Assembly: GCA_964016885.1 (NCBI GenBank)
Contig: OZ024763.1
Location: 15,314,001-15,378,000 of the forward strand
Source: Eledone cirrhosa
Taxonomy: Eukaryota
Direction of reading: 5' to 3'
DNA length: 64,000 nucleotides
The position numbers were made by a program, and so were the translations under genes. The notes below the pieces were generated by a model. That model saw only the letters and a program-made list of their open reading frames with translations. It was not told the DNA's origin and searched no databases. Positions 26,250 through 38,608 of the stretch are shown here, piece after piece; the stretch's first letter is position 1, and each line of letters begins with the position of its first letter.

Positions 26250-27025
26250 TATTAAAAATGTATTTATCAAACTGCTGTTGATGTGAATGAATTTTGCTGG
26301 CTTGGCAGAGAGAGAGAGAGAGGGGGGGAGTCTGTGTAAAGCAGAGACTTCATATTAGCTGCTTGAATTAAATGCTCCAACTGACCTCCTGTTCTGAGAG
26401 CTGGCTATTTTATGAATAAGAGAGGGGGGGGGTCTGTGTAAAGCAGAGACTTCATATTAGCTGCTTGAATTAAATGCTCCAACTGACCTCCTGTTCTGAG
26501 AGCCGGCTATTTTATGAATATCGTTTTCTTTGTCTCCGAGATACAGAAAAGATGCAATGCTCAGGCAAATCACAGAGGCAACAAATATAAACAAACTCCA
26601 ACCAAAATTAAACAGAAACATGAGTGGAATCGCAACATCACAACTAGTAATTGAGGACAAAATGAAGGCATACACACACACACACAAAACCAAACTAACA
26701 AAACAAATCAGACACACACAGATAGAACAAATAACCAACTAGTGACAAATAAATAAATAAATAAATAAGCATACACACCTGGATGTAACATAGGCGCAAA
26801 CTAGCACACAACACACAACACACAAAAACAAGATCGTGTAGGAGAGAACAAAGGAGAGAGACACTAAAAAAACCTAGTCACTGAGGAGGTCACAGAATGT
26901 GTGACGAAAGAGTTTTGACAATATATATACAACTTTCCGGTTATCGAACCAACCGGAAATTTATAATAAATTGAAGTAAAAACGAACAGGTGCGTGTGTT
27001 TTTATTGGCAACATGACCCTTCCAA
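26250..27025 (+). mobile_element. Penelope-like element 3' fragment: GIY-YIG C-terminus plus hammerhead (26877-26919, family H3)
   Basis: 26530-26630 reads RYRKDAMLRQITEATNINKLQPKLNR (R.I.EA..I....P.LN, then HEW after a frameshift), typical of PLE endonuclease ends. Downstream: gtca-CTGAGGA-ggtcaca..tgtgac-GAAA-gagt-TT-tgac and aataaa. Confidence 0.7.
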
Positions 27026-28689
27026 TATATATATATATATATATTGGATTGGTAGAGGGTCGGACAATATGCTTTGCGGCATAGAGTTATAGCCCTTTAC
27101 GTTCTGAATTTAAATCTCGCCGAGGTTATTTTTACCTTTCATCCTTACGGGGTCGATGAAATAAAGTACCAAATTGCTGGACTTGTGCCTAAATAAGAAA
27201 CCATCATATAAGAACAAACACACTCCTCGATTTCAGTGGGGGAAATATTTTTTCCTCGTTTTCTTTTTTTCAGTGTACTATCAACTAATCTAACTTCCAA
27301 AATGCTAGCAATCAACTTTTTTCATAGAGAACGGAGGTGGTGGGATAGTTTCTACCGGATAACCCACTACTTCCTCGGGGTTTTCCCTACGATCTTTTTC
27401 TTTTTTTTTTTCGCGTGTTAATTAATGAATATAACCTCTAAAAAAAACAAAGGATCGAAAAGACGGCACAACAACGCTATTAGCTGTCAGTCGTGAAAGC
27501 AGCCAATGAAAGCAGGCGAAGGGACCATCAGAGATCCGCAGATCTACACACACGAGGAAGTACCCTACCTCTCCTTTCGCCGGGGAAAAAAATTGATTGC
27601 CAGCATCTTGGAAGTTACATTAGTTAATAGCACACGACAAAAAAGACGAAAAAAAAAGGTTGTTTTTTTCACACTAAAATCGAGGGACGGGGCTCGTTTT
27701 CTATAAATTTACCGTAAATACCATAAACATTTGAATTTACAAACCAGTTGTTAGGTTTTCTCTGCGAAGTTATTACAGGATGTTAAACGTTTATTTATTA
27801 TAATTTTCACATTAGTGTTGTTGTTGGCCGCGATATGGTAGATACCATCTGAAGTGCCCTCATTTCACATAAAATACTCACGCTGATACTAAATATACAC
27901 AAGATATGGAAAGGTTGGTTCAAACAAATAACTATTCTTCATTGTTTTAATTAATTGTTGTTACGAAATAAATATTACTACTGTTGGCACAATGTAAGGA
28001 TGAAAGGCAAAGTTACTCGTAATAATTGTTTCTACTTTTGACACAAGGCCTAAAACAGTTAATCGTAATAATTGTTTCTATTTTTGGCACAAGGCCAGCA
28101 ATGACTCAGTGTATAACTGGTACTTTGTTTTATCGACCCCCGTAAGGATGAAAGGCAAAGTTAACCTCGGCGGGATTTCGTAATAATGAAATGTTTATTG
28201 TGCCTTTACTAGTTGACACTTCACAAAATAGATGACCTACATGAAATGACAACCGTAAAGTTGACATTTTCCCCATCAGACAAATATGTTGACAACATAA
28301 ATCATAGATTAAAATTACGCACACAGGTGAAAAACATCCTGTAATTCACATTACAGGTGCAATGTGTCCTAACACGGAAGAGCCGAATTCCCACTGTCAT
28401 CGTCCCCATCTCTGTATTGTGAGCAAATGGGGACCCACGGGCTGGCCGCCTCACAGCCCCGACGGACAGAATGGAGAAGAAAATTATTTACTAATTTTCT
28501 TGTTATTACTACTCGCTATGTAATTAACATTTTTAGGTGTGGTAGAGTAAGAGATTTTAAGGGCATTTTTATTAATTAAATTATGGTATTTGTGATCAAG
28601 TGGGAATTTTGTTTCAATGTTAGAGAAGAATACTCTAGGTATATTAGTAGAAACATTTAAATTGAAGGGTGAATTAAAATACGAATTAA

Positions 28690-30484
28690 CATAACATTTA
28701 CATTACTCTATATATACTATTGTATTTTCATGGTAAAGACTTTACCTCACATAATATCTCACATAACATTTACATTACTCTATATATACTATTATATTTT
28801 CATGGTAAAGACTTTACCTCACATAATATCTCGCATAACATTCACATTACTCTATATATACTATTATATTTTCATGGTAAAGACTTTACCTCACATAATA
28901 TCTCACATAACATTTACATTACTCTATATATACTATTATATTTTCATGGTAAAGGCTTTACCTCACATAATATCTCACATAACATTTACATTACTCTATA
29001 TATACTATTATATTTTCATGGTAAAGGCTTTACCTCAGATAATATCTCACATAACATTTACATTACTTTATATATACTATTATATTTTCATGGTAAAGGC
29101 TTTACCTCACATAATATCTCACATAACATTTACATTACTCTATATATACTATTATATTTTCATGGTAAAGGCTTTACCTCACATAATATCTCACATAACA
29201 TTTACATTACTCTATATATACTATTATATTTTCATGGTAAAGGCTTTACCTCACATAATATCTCACATAACATTCACATTACTCTATATATACTATTATA
29301 TTTTCATGGTAAAGGCTTTACCTCACATAATATCTCACATAACATTTACATTACTCTATATATACTATTATATTTTCATGGTAAAGGCTTTACCTCACAT
29401 AATATCTCACATAACATTCACATTACTCTATATATACTATTATATTTTCATGGTAAAGGCTTTACGGCACATAATATCTCACATAACATTTACATTACTC
29501 TATATATACTATTATATTTTCATGGTAAAGGCTTTACCTCACATAATATCTCACATAACATTTACATTACTCTATATATACTATTATATTTTCATGGTAA
29601 AGGCTTTACCTCACATAATATCTCACATAACATTTACATTACTCTATATATACTATTATATTTTCATGGTAAAGGCTTTACCTCAGATAATATCTCACAT
29701 AACATTTACATTACTCTATATATACTATTATATTTTCATGGTAAAGGCTTTACCTCACATAATATCTCACATAACATTTACATTACTCTATATATACTAT
29801 TATATTTTCATGGTAAAGGCTTTACCTCACATAATATCTCACATAACATTCACATTACTCTATATATACTATTATATTTTCATGGTAAAGGCTTTACCTC
29901 ACATAATATCTCACATAACATTTACATTACTCTATATATACTATTATATTTTCATGGTAAAGGCTTTACCTCACATAATATCTCACATAACATTCACATT
30001 ACTCTATATATACTATTATATTTTCATGGTAAAGGCTTTACGGCACATAATATCTCACATAACATTTACATTACTCTATATATACTATTATATTTTCATG
30101 GTAAAGACTTTACCTCACATAATATCTCACATAACATTTACATTACTCTATATATACTATTATATTTTCATGGTAAAGGCTTTACCTCACATAATATCTC
30201 ACATAACATTTACATTACTCTATATATACTATTATATTTTCATGGTAAAGGCTTTACCTCACATAATATCTCACATAACATTTACATTACTCTATATATA
30301 CTATTATATTTTCATGGTAAAGGCTTTACCTCACATAATATCTCACATAACATTTACATTACTCTATATATACTATTATATTTTCACAGTAAAGGCTTTA
30401 CCTCACATAATATCTCACATAACATTTACATTACTCTATATATACTATTATATTTTCATGGCAAAGGCTTTACGGCACATAATA
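28690..30484. repeat. 72-bp minisatellite, about 25 copies, inside a TTAA-ended (piggyBac-like) MITE
   Basis: Unit CATGGTAAAGGCTTTACCTCACATAATATCTCACATAACATTTACATTACTCTATATATACTATTATATTTT. Right flank to 30616 ends AAGGGGTTAA and matches the unexpanded copy at 49230-49443 (minus). Confidence 0.95.
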
Positions 30485-30775
30485 TCGAATCTATGAGATT
30501 TTGAAAGTATTTATTTTGAGAACAATACCTTAACGTCAGTTTGAGCAACCAGTTACAGCCAGTTTCAACAGAAAGAGGTAGAGAATTCTGGCCGGTTTCA
30601 ACATTAAGGGGTTAAACCTATTTTTTTAATTTTTGTTACTAATAAATGTTTCCTTATAATTATTCCCTTCAATTTTATGTTTAGTACAAGACCACCCGTG
30701 ACACGTTGAATCACGTTCACTTCAAAATATTATTTTAAAAATCATGTTCACTTAAAAATAATTTTTAAATATACA

Positions 30776-31810
30776 CATCATCATCATCATCATCATCGTT
30801 TAACGTCCATCTTCCACGCTTACATGGGTTTGGACGGGAATTTTCCCACTTGAGGCAAGATTGGTTGACTTGCTCGTATAGGACTGTCTGGCGGGTTTTC
30901 TACAGCTGGATGCCCTTCCTAACACCAACCACGTTTACAGTGTGGAACTGGGAACTTATTACCGTGTTACCTACACGGCCACATTACAGCGTGGACTGTG
31001 TGTTTTTCTTTGTCGTGACACCTACACGACCTCATTTGTTTCGGACTGGATGTTGTGGTACCAACATAACTTTACATTGAAAGGGGTGGTGTGGATGGGG
31101 TGGGGGTAGTGGTACGGGGGTGTATTTTGTTAGAGGTGCCTACTGACTGTAGTAGGTTTCACTTTGTACTTAGGTAAGGCGGGTCTTCTCTATTACTGAG
31201 TACCGCCAAAGATCTCGGTCCAGTGACATTGTCTTGGAGAGGTGTAAGTGTGTGAGGTCGGAATTTATCAAGTTGTCCCGTGTTTTTCTGGGTCTGCCTA
31301 CTCCGTGGCTACCGTCTATTTTTATCACCCTGCACTTTTTTATACAGTTGTCGTCTTTCATGCACATCACGTGACCATACCAACGTAGTCTTCTCTCGAG
31401 TAAACAACATCTGATCCCTCTTATTCCTAATTTCTCCCTTAGTTCGTTTATGCTTTGCCGTTCACGTATATTACTATTACACATCCAGCGGAGCATGCAA
31501 GCTTCGTTCCTCTCCAGTCTGCGTATATCCTCTGCACACAATGCCCAAGTCTCACTGCCATGTAACATTGCTGTTCGTATGCAGGCATCATACAGCCTGC
31601 CTTTCATTTTTAGGGAGAACCCTTTAGCGGCCAATAGTGGTATAAGCTCTCTGAACTTTTTCCATCCCGTTCTGACTCTAGCTACTGTACTTTCAGAGCA
31701 CCCTCCCCCACTGCTGATTTTGTCACTCAGGTAACGGAAGGTGTCCACTATTTCTATAGAACCATCTGTGCAATAGAATGAGTTAGTATTCTGTGGGCAC
31801 TTGCAGACAT
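30776..31810 (-). mobile_element. RTE LINE 3' fragment with tail
   Basis: ORF 31170-31748 ..RVRTGWKKFREL..HGSETW..LRWYGHV..GRPRKT, followed by the (GAT)n tail. Confidence 0.9.
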
Positions 31811-31999
31811 GTATATAATAAGAAATGAAACTAGAAGGCCCATATATATACCTGTGTGTATGTATATATATAAATGAGTATGTTTGTATACATATATATG
31901 TGTGTGTGTGTGTATATATATATATATGCTATCCAAACTGAACCTGAACCAATATGGTCTGGTTCATCGGGTATGTCATTATTTATAAAACAAAGTTTG

Positions 32000-32066
32000 T
32001 ATTTTATCTGATGAGAGTGTACCAAAGTTGTTTTTTTGGTACCCTTGAAATATATGTAATAAAATA
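32000..32066 (+). ncRNA. Type I hammerhead motif, family H2-related
   Basis: tattttat-CTGATGA-gagtgtaccaaa..tttggtaccctt-GAAA-tatatg-TA-ataaaata. 8-bp stem I, GUA triplet. Confidence 0.75.
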
Positions 32067-33372
32067 AGTTAACTTGTCTAAGACTAAAGTTCTAGTATGT
32101 AGAAAGGAAAATAGGGCACAGGTGCCCTCTGGGAAATGGCCATGTTCAGTGTGTAGGAAATGAGTAGGTATAAATTCCATTCTATGCCCCAAATGCAAAC
32201 TATGTAGTGGGATTACAGGTTAGCTATCTAAGAATGTAGTAAGTAGCAAGGTGCAGTAAGTAGCAAGGACCCACTGGCTGCTATCACCTTCAACTGCACA
32301 GATGGTTCTATAGAAATAGTGGACACCTTGCGTTACCTGGGTGACAAAATCAGCAGTGGAGGAGGGTGCTCTGAAAGTACAGTAGCCAGAGTTAGAACGG
32401 GATGGAAAAAGTTCAGAGCTTATACCACTGTTGGCCACAAAAGGTTTCTCTCTAAAAATGAAAGGCAGATTGTATGATGCCTGTAAACGAACAGCAATGC
32501 TACATGGCAGTGAGACATGGGCATTGTGTGTAGAGGACCTATGCAGATTGGAAAAGAACGAAGCTCATGCATGCTCCGTTGGATGTGTAATAGTAATATA
32601 CGTGAACGGCAAAGCATAAATGAACTAAGTGAGAAATTCGGAATAAGACGGATCAGATACTGTTTACTTGAGAGAAGACTACGTTTGTATGGTCACGTGA
32701 TGCGCAGGAAAGACAGCTGTATAAAAAAGTGCAGGGCAATCAAAATTGATGGAAGTTACGGAGTAGGTAGACCCAGAAAAACCCGGGATGACATAATAAA
32801 ATCTGACCTTGCACACTTACACCTCTCTAAGACAATGTCACTGGATCGAGACCTTTGGCGCCATGCAGTAATACAGAAGACCCGCCTTGCCTATGTACAA
32901 AGTGAAACCTACAGTCGGTAGGCACCTCTTAACCAAATATACACCCAATCCACTACCCCTACCCTATCCTCCCATTCCCACCAACACCACCCTTTCTCTG
33001 TAAAGTTATGTTGGTACCACAACATCCAGTTCAAACTAAAGAGGTTGTGTAGGTGTCACGACAAAAAGCACCCAGTCCACACTATAATGTGGTCGTGTAG
33101 GAGACACGGTAAAAAGGCTCCCAGTCCACACTGTAATGTGGTCGTGTAGGAGACACGGTAAAAAGGCTCCCAGTCCACACTGTAAATAGGCTCCCAGTCC
33201 ACACTGTAAATGTGGTTGGTGTTAGGAAGGGCATCAAGTCGTAGAAAAACTGCCAGATACAGTCCGATATGAGCAACACACGGTCACCCAATTAATCTTG
33301 CCTCAAATGGGACAATTCCCATCTAACCCATGCTAGCATGGAAGATAGACGTTAAGCAATGATGATGATGAT
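32067..33372 (+). mobile_element. RTE LINE 3' fragment with tail, inverted relative to 30776-31810
   Basis: GKWPCSVCRK..HGSETW..GRPRKT remnants; tail ends gacgttaagcaat(gat)n. Confidence 0.9.
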
Positions 33373-33876
33373 ATACAGAATAAAAAGCAAGAAAGCTAAT
33401 CAGAAGTAGAGATTAGTTATGCAGATTACAAGCCGGTAGAGAGAAGGTTAGTGTGCTCAATACATATAGATTGCGACACTAGCGATCTATACGAGTAGAT
33501 GGAGAAAGAGATGGTTTAATAATCGTATTATAAGCAGAGCAATAAGCAGAGTCGGACGCGATGCTTACCAGCATAGTTACGTCCCTTTACGGTCTGAGTT
33601 CAAATCCCGCCGAGGTTAACTTTGCCTTTCATCCTTACGGGGTCGATAAAATAAAGTACCAGTAATGTACTGGGTAATTGGTGGCCTTGTGCCAAAAGTA
33701 GAAACAATTATAAGCAGAGCAAAAAATCATATTTAGAATGCTGGAGAGAACAACAAAGATTTAAGCGGACGTAAAATGATGATGATGATGTATATTTAAT
33801 GGCTATTAAATATATATGTATTCACAAATCTTTGTTGTTCTCTCCAGCATTCTAAATATCATCATCATCATCATCA

Positions 33877-34208
33877 TCTGGCGAAATGGACTCAACAATT
33901 GATTGCCACGTGGATCTGTCGTTCATTGCTGTTGCCAAGTCCTGGATTTCAATCCCAGAATCTCTGGAGATGACATCGGGATAGGAGAGCTTGTGCCTCT
34001 TGTTATTAGTGACTGCTTGTGGTTTCTATAGCACTAATGGGGACACAGCCTCATAGGTGGCACGATGGCAGTGGCCAGCAAATCTTACTCTCCTTTTACA
34101 TACAACAACAGATATGTGTGGGAGGCCGGCATATATCTCTCTCAAAGTCAGATGTCGCCAGTTTATGTTCTGAATGCGTTGAAGTAGGCGAGTGTAGGTG
34201 CCATCAAG

Positions 34209-34244
<36 letters not shown>

Positions 34245-34425
34245 AATAGTAGTAGGAGGTGCCATCAAGGTGCTTTTGTTGTTTGGATGAAAGCGTCCAT
34301 GTTTCACTTCCATATAGCAAGATTGGTTGAATTGTGACTTGGAAGAGTCTGATTTTGGTGTGGTTGGAAAGATTTGAGCGCCAAACTCAATCCATCTTGT
34401 TGCAAGCTGACTATGCTTGGGCCTT
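33877..34425 (-). mobile_element. Second RTE-type LINE family, 3' relic interrupted by a (TAC)n insertion
   Basis: ..ILLYGSETWTL..LDGTYTRLLQRIQNINW..RVRFAGHCHR..YPDVISRDSG..AMNDRSTW. Confidence 0.8.
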
Positions 34426-34582
34426 TCTGAGAGAGAGAGAGACTCTTGCTGTATGGTTTATACCCTCCCTATTGTATGGTATATATGACCCCCCCCCCCC
34501 CCCTCCTCCTCTTTTATGTTTTAGCTGTAGCTACCATTTTCCTCTGTACAATGAACATATTCTTTATCTTTTCATATTCCAG

Positions 34583-35409
34583 GGTTGTGGCAAGTGAGAT
34601 AGAACTGATCCCTAAAGACCACACTACTGAAACCTGTGCAATGCCAACTCCTAAAAAGGAAGACTGCAGTATTGATACCAGTTTATTACTGACCCCTGAA
34701 GAAGAAGAAGGCCACAGTATTGAAACCTCTGCTATGCCAACCCCTAAAAAAGAAGACCACAGTATTGAAACCTGTGCATCACTGACCTCTGAGGAAGAAT
34801 GTCGCAGTGTTAAAACCTCTGCCATGCCAACCCCTAAAAAAGAAGACCACACTACTGAAACCTGTGCAATGCCAACCCCTAAAAAGGAAGACTGCAGTAT
34901 TGATACCAGTTTATTACTGACCCCTGAAGAAGAAGAAGGCCACAGTATTGAAACCTCTGCCATGCCAACCCCTAAAAGGGAAGACCACAGTATTGAAACC
35001 TGTGTATCACTGACCTCTGAGGAAGAATTGCACAGTGTTAAAACCTTTGCAGAACCAACCCCTGAAACAAACCCTGGCATTAAAACTTGTGAAGTACTGA
35101 GTCCTAAAAAAGAAGACCACAGCATTAAAACTTGTGCAATACCGAGCTCCAAAAGTAACCCTGACATTAAAACTTGTGCAATACCGAGCTCCAAAAGTAA
35201 CCCTGACATTAAAACTTGTGCAATACCGAGCTCCAGGGTTCAAGAAAGTAATAATGTCCCTGCAAAACTCCTAACTAAAGATGATGACGACAACAACAAC
35301 GGTAAAATACCCAGCTCCAGAGAAGATCTTCGAAGTGAGATGCCCTCCCCAACCCCTCCTACCCACAGTTTACTACCCCCAGGGTTGACAAACCTGTTAC
35401 AAAATTGTA
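34583..35409 (+). CDS. RHIM + death-domain adaptor (IMD/RIPK1-like): repeat-rich exon; start codon or upstream exon not determined
   Basis: Polypyrimidine tract with ttccAG acceptor at 34581-82 and A|GTAAGT donor after 35409. Open frame VVASEIELIPKDHTTETCAMPTPKKED...PPGLTNLLQNC contains about 14 units of 14-16 aa. Phase 1 joins the next exon in frame. Confidence 0.8.
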
Positions 35410-35454
35410 GTAAGTTATAGCTCTTCTTTTTCTGTTTTTCATCACTAAGTCGTT

Positions 35455-35975
35455 AACTTTAAATCATCATCATTAAGTCATCATCCCTGAGTCATCACCT
35501 TTAAGTCATCATCACTGAGTCATCACCTTTAAGTCATCATCATTAAGTCATCACCACTCAGACATCATTACCTTTAAGTCATCATCACTGAGTCATCACC
35601 TTTAAGTCATCATCACTTAGTCATCACCTTTAAGTCATCACCTTTAAGTCATCATCATTAAGTCATCACCACTCAGTCATCATCACTGAGTCATCACTTT
35701 TAAGTCATCATCACTAAGTCATTACCTTTATGTCATCATCACCTTTAAGTCATTACCTTTAAGTTATCATCACTAAGTCATTACCTTTAAGTCAACATTA
35801 CTGAGTCATCATCACCTTTAAGTCATCATCACTAAGTCATCATCTTTAAGTCATCATCTTTAAGTCATCATCACTAAGTCGTCGTCTTTAAGTCATTACC
35901 TTTATGTCATCATCACTAAGCCATCATCATTATTAAGTCATTATTACGAAGTTATCACCTTTGAGTCTTCATCAC
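35455..35975. repeat. Degenerate ~14-bp tandem repeat in intron
   Basis: AGTCATCATCACT(A/G) and AGTCATCACCTTTA units. Confidence 0.85.
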
Positions 35976-36260
35976 TTGCACTTTAATACAAAACTGTTTA
36001 TATTTAAAAACCTTCCATCATAAATTTTATGCAAGAACCTATGTTAAGTTATGTTCCTAACACAGGCGCTGTTTTAAAGTGTTCATATTTATTCAAAAGC
36101 TTTCCATCATAAATTTTATGCAGGAACCTATGTTAAGTTATGCTCCTAACACTAAGGTAGTTGAGTGCTGAGGTTCAAAACATTTTTTTCCTTCTCATTG
36201 TATCTTTTCTCTTACTGGTTTCAGCAAATCAGAATTAAAAACCTTTATTTATTTCAACAG

Positions 36261-36371
36261 CTATTACTAGCAATCATGTTCAAATAGGTACCAGAAATAC
36301 TATGACTCTATATGGCAACCAACCTGAAAGAGATTATCAAACTGTTGCAAAAAATCACAGCTACGGTGTTG
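36261..36371 (+). CDS. RHIM-encoding exon of the RHIM/death-domain adaptor
   Basis: tttcaacAG acceptor and G|GTAAGT donor, 111 nt, phase 1-1. Reads (T)ITSNHVQIGTRNTMTLYGNQPERDYQTVAKNHSYGV; VQIGxxNxM matches the RHIM core consensus. Confidence 0.85.
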
Positions 36372-36400
36372 GTAAGTTAGTGTCAATTTCTATTGGTTTT

Positions 36401-36827
36401 ATACAAGAGTTGCTGAAAGGTTCATAGACAGACCAAGATATTCTCATGGAATAATCAAATGGAGGTTTATTTTTCGTCATAGTCCCTGGAAAGAAACAAT
36501 GCAGTTATTAATAAGAAGAGATGAAAATTTATGCATGCAAGATTTCACAGCGCTAGCATCACTCCTTCATAGGCTGATCAAGATACTCTCATGGAATGAC
36601 CATTGTTTCTTTCCAGAGACTATGATGAAAAATAAACCTCCATTTGGTCATTCCATGAGAGTATCTTGATCAGCCTATAAAGGGGTGATACTAGAGCTGT
36701 GAAATCTTGCATGCATTAATTTTCACCTCTTCTTATTAATAACTGCATTGTTTCTTTCAATGGGGCTATGTTGAAAAATAAACCTCATTTGGTCATTCCA
36801 TGAGAGTATCTTGGTCAGAACTATGAA
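36401..36827. mobile_element. Palindromic MITE built from both ends of the mariner at 54561-55800
   Basis: Joins the mariner left end (GCTGAAAGGTTCATAG..CTCATGGAA..GAGGTTTATTTTTC) to its right end (GGAAAGAAACAATGCAGTTATTAATAAG..GCATGCAAGATTTCACAGC), then repeats them inverted. Confidence 0.8.
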
Positions 36828-37069
36828 GCAGTATCGGTAGAGGGTCGGACACCATGCTTTGACGCATAGAGTTACGGCCCTTGCCATTCTGAGTTCGAAT
36901 CCTGCCGAGGTTAAATTTGCCTTTCATGCTTACGGGGTCGATAAAATAAGGAACCAGTAATGTACTGGGGTAATTGCTGGCCTTGTGCCAAAAGCAGAAA
37001 CAATTATTATTAGTATGGGAGTTTGTTTACAACAACCAATACCACCAAAGCAGCGTTTTTTTGTTGCTT

Positions 37070-38463
37070 GTTGTCATCGTGACCGAATTCATTACTAGTG
37101 TTGTTGTTGTTGTTACCGCTGCTTTGGTTAGGTGGTCATTGTATTGGCTATCTAGTGTTGATGTTGCTGTTGTCATCGTGACCAAATTCATTACTAGTGT
37201 TGTTGTTGTTGTTGTTGTTACCGCTGCTTTGCTTAGGTGGTCATTGTATTGGCTATCTAGTGTTGATGTTGCTGTTGTCATCGTGACTGAATTCATTACT
37301 AGTGTTGTTGTTGTTGTTGTTACCGTTGCTTTGGTTAGGTGGTCATTGTATTGGCTATCTAGTGTTGATGTTGCTGTTGTCATCGTGACCAAATTCATTA
37401 CTAGTGTTGTTGTTGTTGTTGTTGTTACCGCTGCTTTGCTTAGGTGGTCATTGTATTGGCTATCTAGTGTTGATGTTGCTGTTGTCATCGTGACCAAATT
37501 CATTACTAGTGTTGTTGTTGTTGTTGTTGTTACCGCTGCTTTGCTTAGGTGGTCATTGTATTGGCTATCTAGTGTTGATGTTGCTGTTGTCATCGTGACT
37601 GAATTCATTACTAGTGTTGTTGTTGTTGTTGTTGTTACCGCTGCTTTGCTTAGGTGGTCATTGTATTGGCTATCTAGTGTTGATGTTGCTGTTGTCATCG
37701 TGACTGAATTCATTACTAGTGTTGTTGTTGTTGTTGTTGTTACCGCTGCTTTGCTTAGGTGGTCATTGTATTGGCTATCTAGTGTTGATGTTGCTGTTGT
37801 CATCGTGACTGAATTCATTACTAGTGTTGTTGTTGTTGTTGTTGTTACCGCTGCTTTGCTTAGGTGGTCATTGTATTGGCTATCTAGTGTTGATGTTGCT
37901 GTTGTCATCGTGACTGAATTCATTACTAGTGTTGTTGTTGTTGTTGTTGTTACCGCTGCTTTGCTTAGGTGGTCATTGTATTGGCTATCTAGTGTTGATG
38001 TTGCTGTTGTCATCGTGACTGAATTCATTACTAGTGTTGTTGTTGTTGTTGTTGTTGTTACCGCTGCTTTGCTTAGGTGGTCATTGTATTGGCTATCTAG
38101 TGTTGATGTTGCTGTTGTCATCGTGACTGAATTCATTACTAGTGTTGTTGTTGTTGTTGTTGTTGTTACCGTTGCTTTGCTTAGGTGGTCATTGTATTGG
38201 CTATCTAGTGTTGATGTTGCTGTTGTCATCGTGACTGAATTCATTACTAGTGTTGTTGTTGTTGTTGTTGTTGTTGTTACCGCTGCTTTGCTTAGGTGGT
38301 CATTGTATTGGCTATCTAGTGTTGATGTTGCTGTTGTCATCGTGACTGAATTCATTACTAGTGTTGTTGTTGTTGTTGTTACCGCTGCTTTGCTTAGGTG
38401 GTCATTGTATTGGCTATCTAGTGTTGATGTTGCTGTTGTCATCGTGACCAAATTCATTACTAG

Positions 38464-38494
<31 letters not shown>

Positions 38495-38577
38495 ACCGCT
38501 GCTTTGCTTAGGTGGTCATTGTATTGGCTATCTCTTGTTGATGTTGCTGTTGTCATCGTGACCAAATTCATTACTAG

Positions 38578-38608
<31 letters not shown>

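Noticed and set aside
28230-28552. Possible first coding exon of the RHIM-DD gene
   Set aside because: Candidate ATG frames reach good donors only in phase 0, while the 34583 exon needs phase 2 (only a weak GTGTGG fits); left unresolved.
28720-30504. 594-aa and 588-aa ORFs
   Set aside because: A 72-bp satellite unit that happens to lack stops in two frames; derived from a non-coding MITE.
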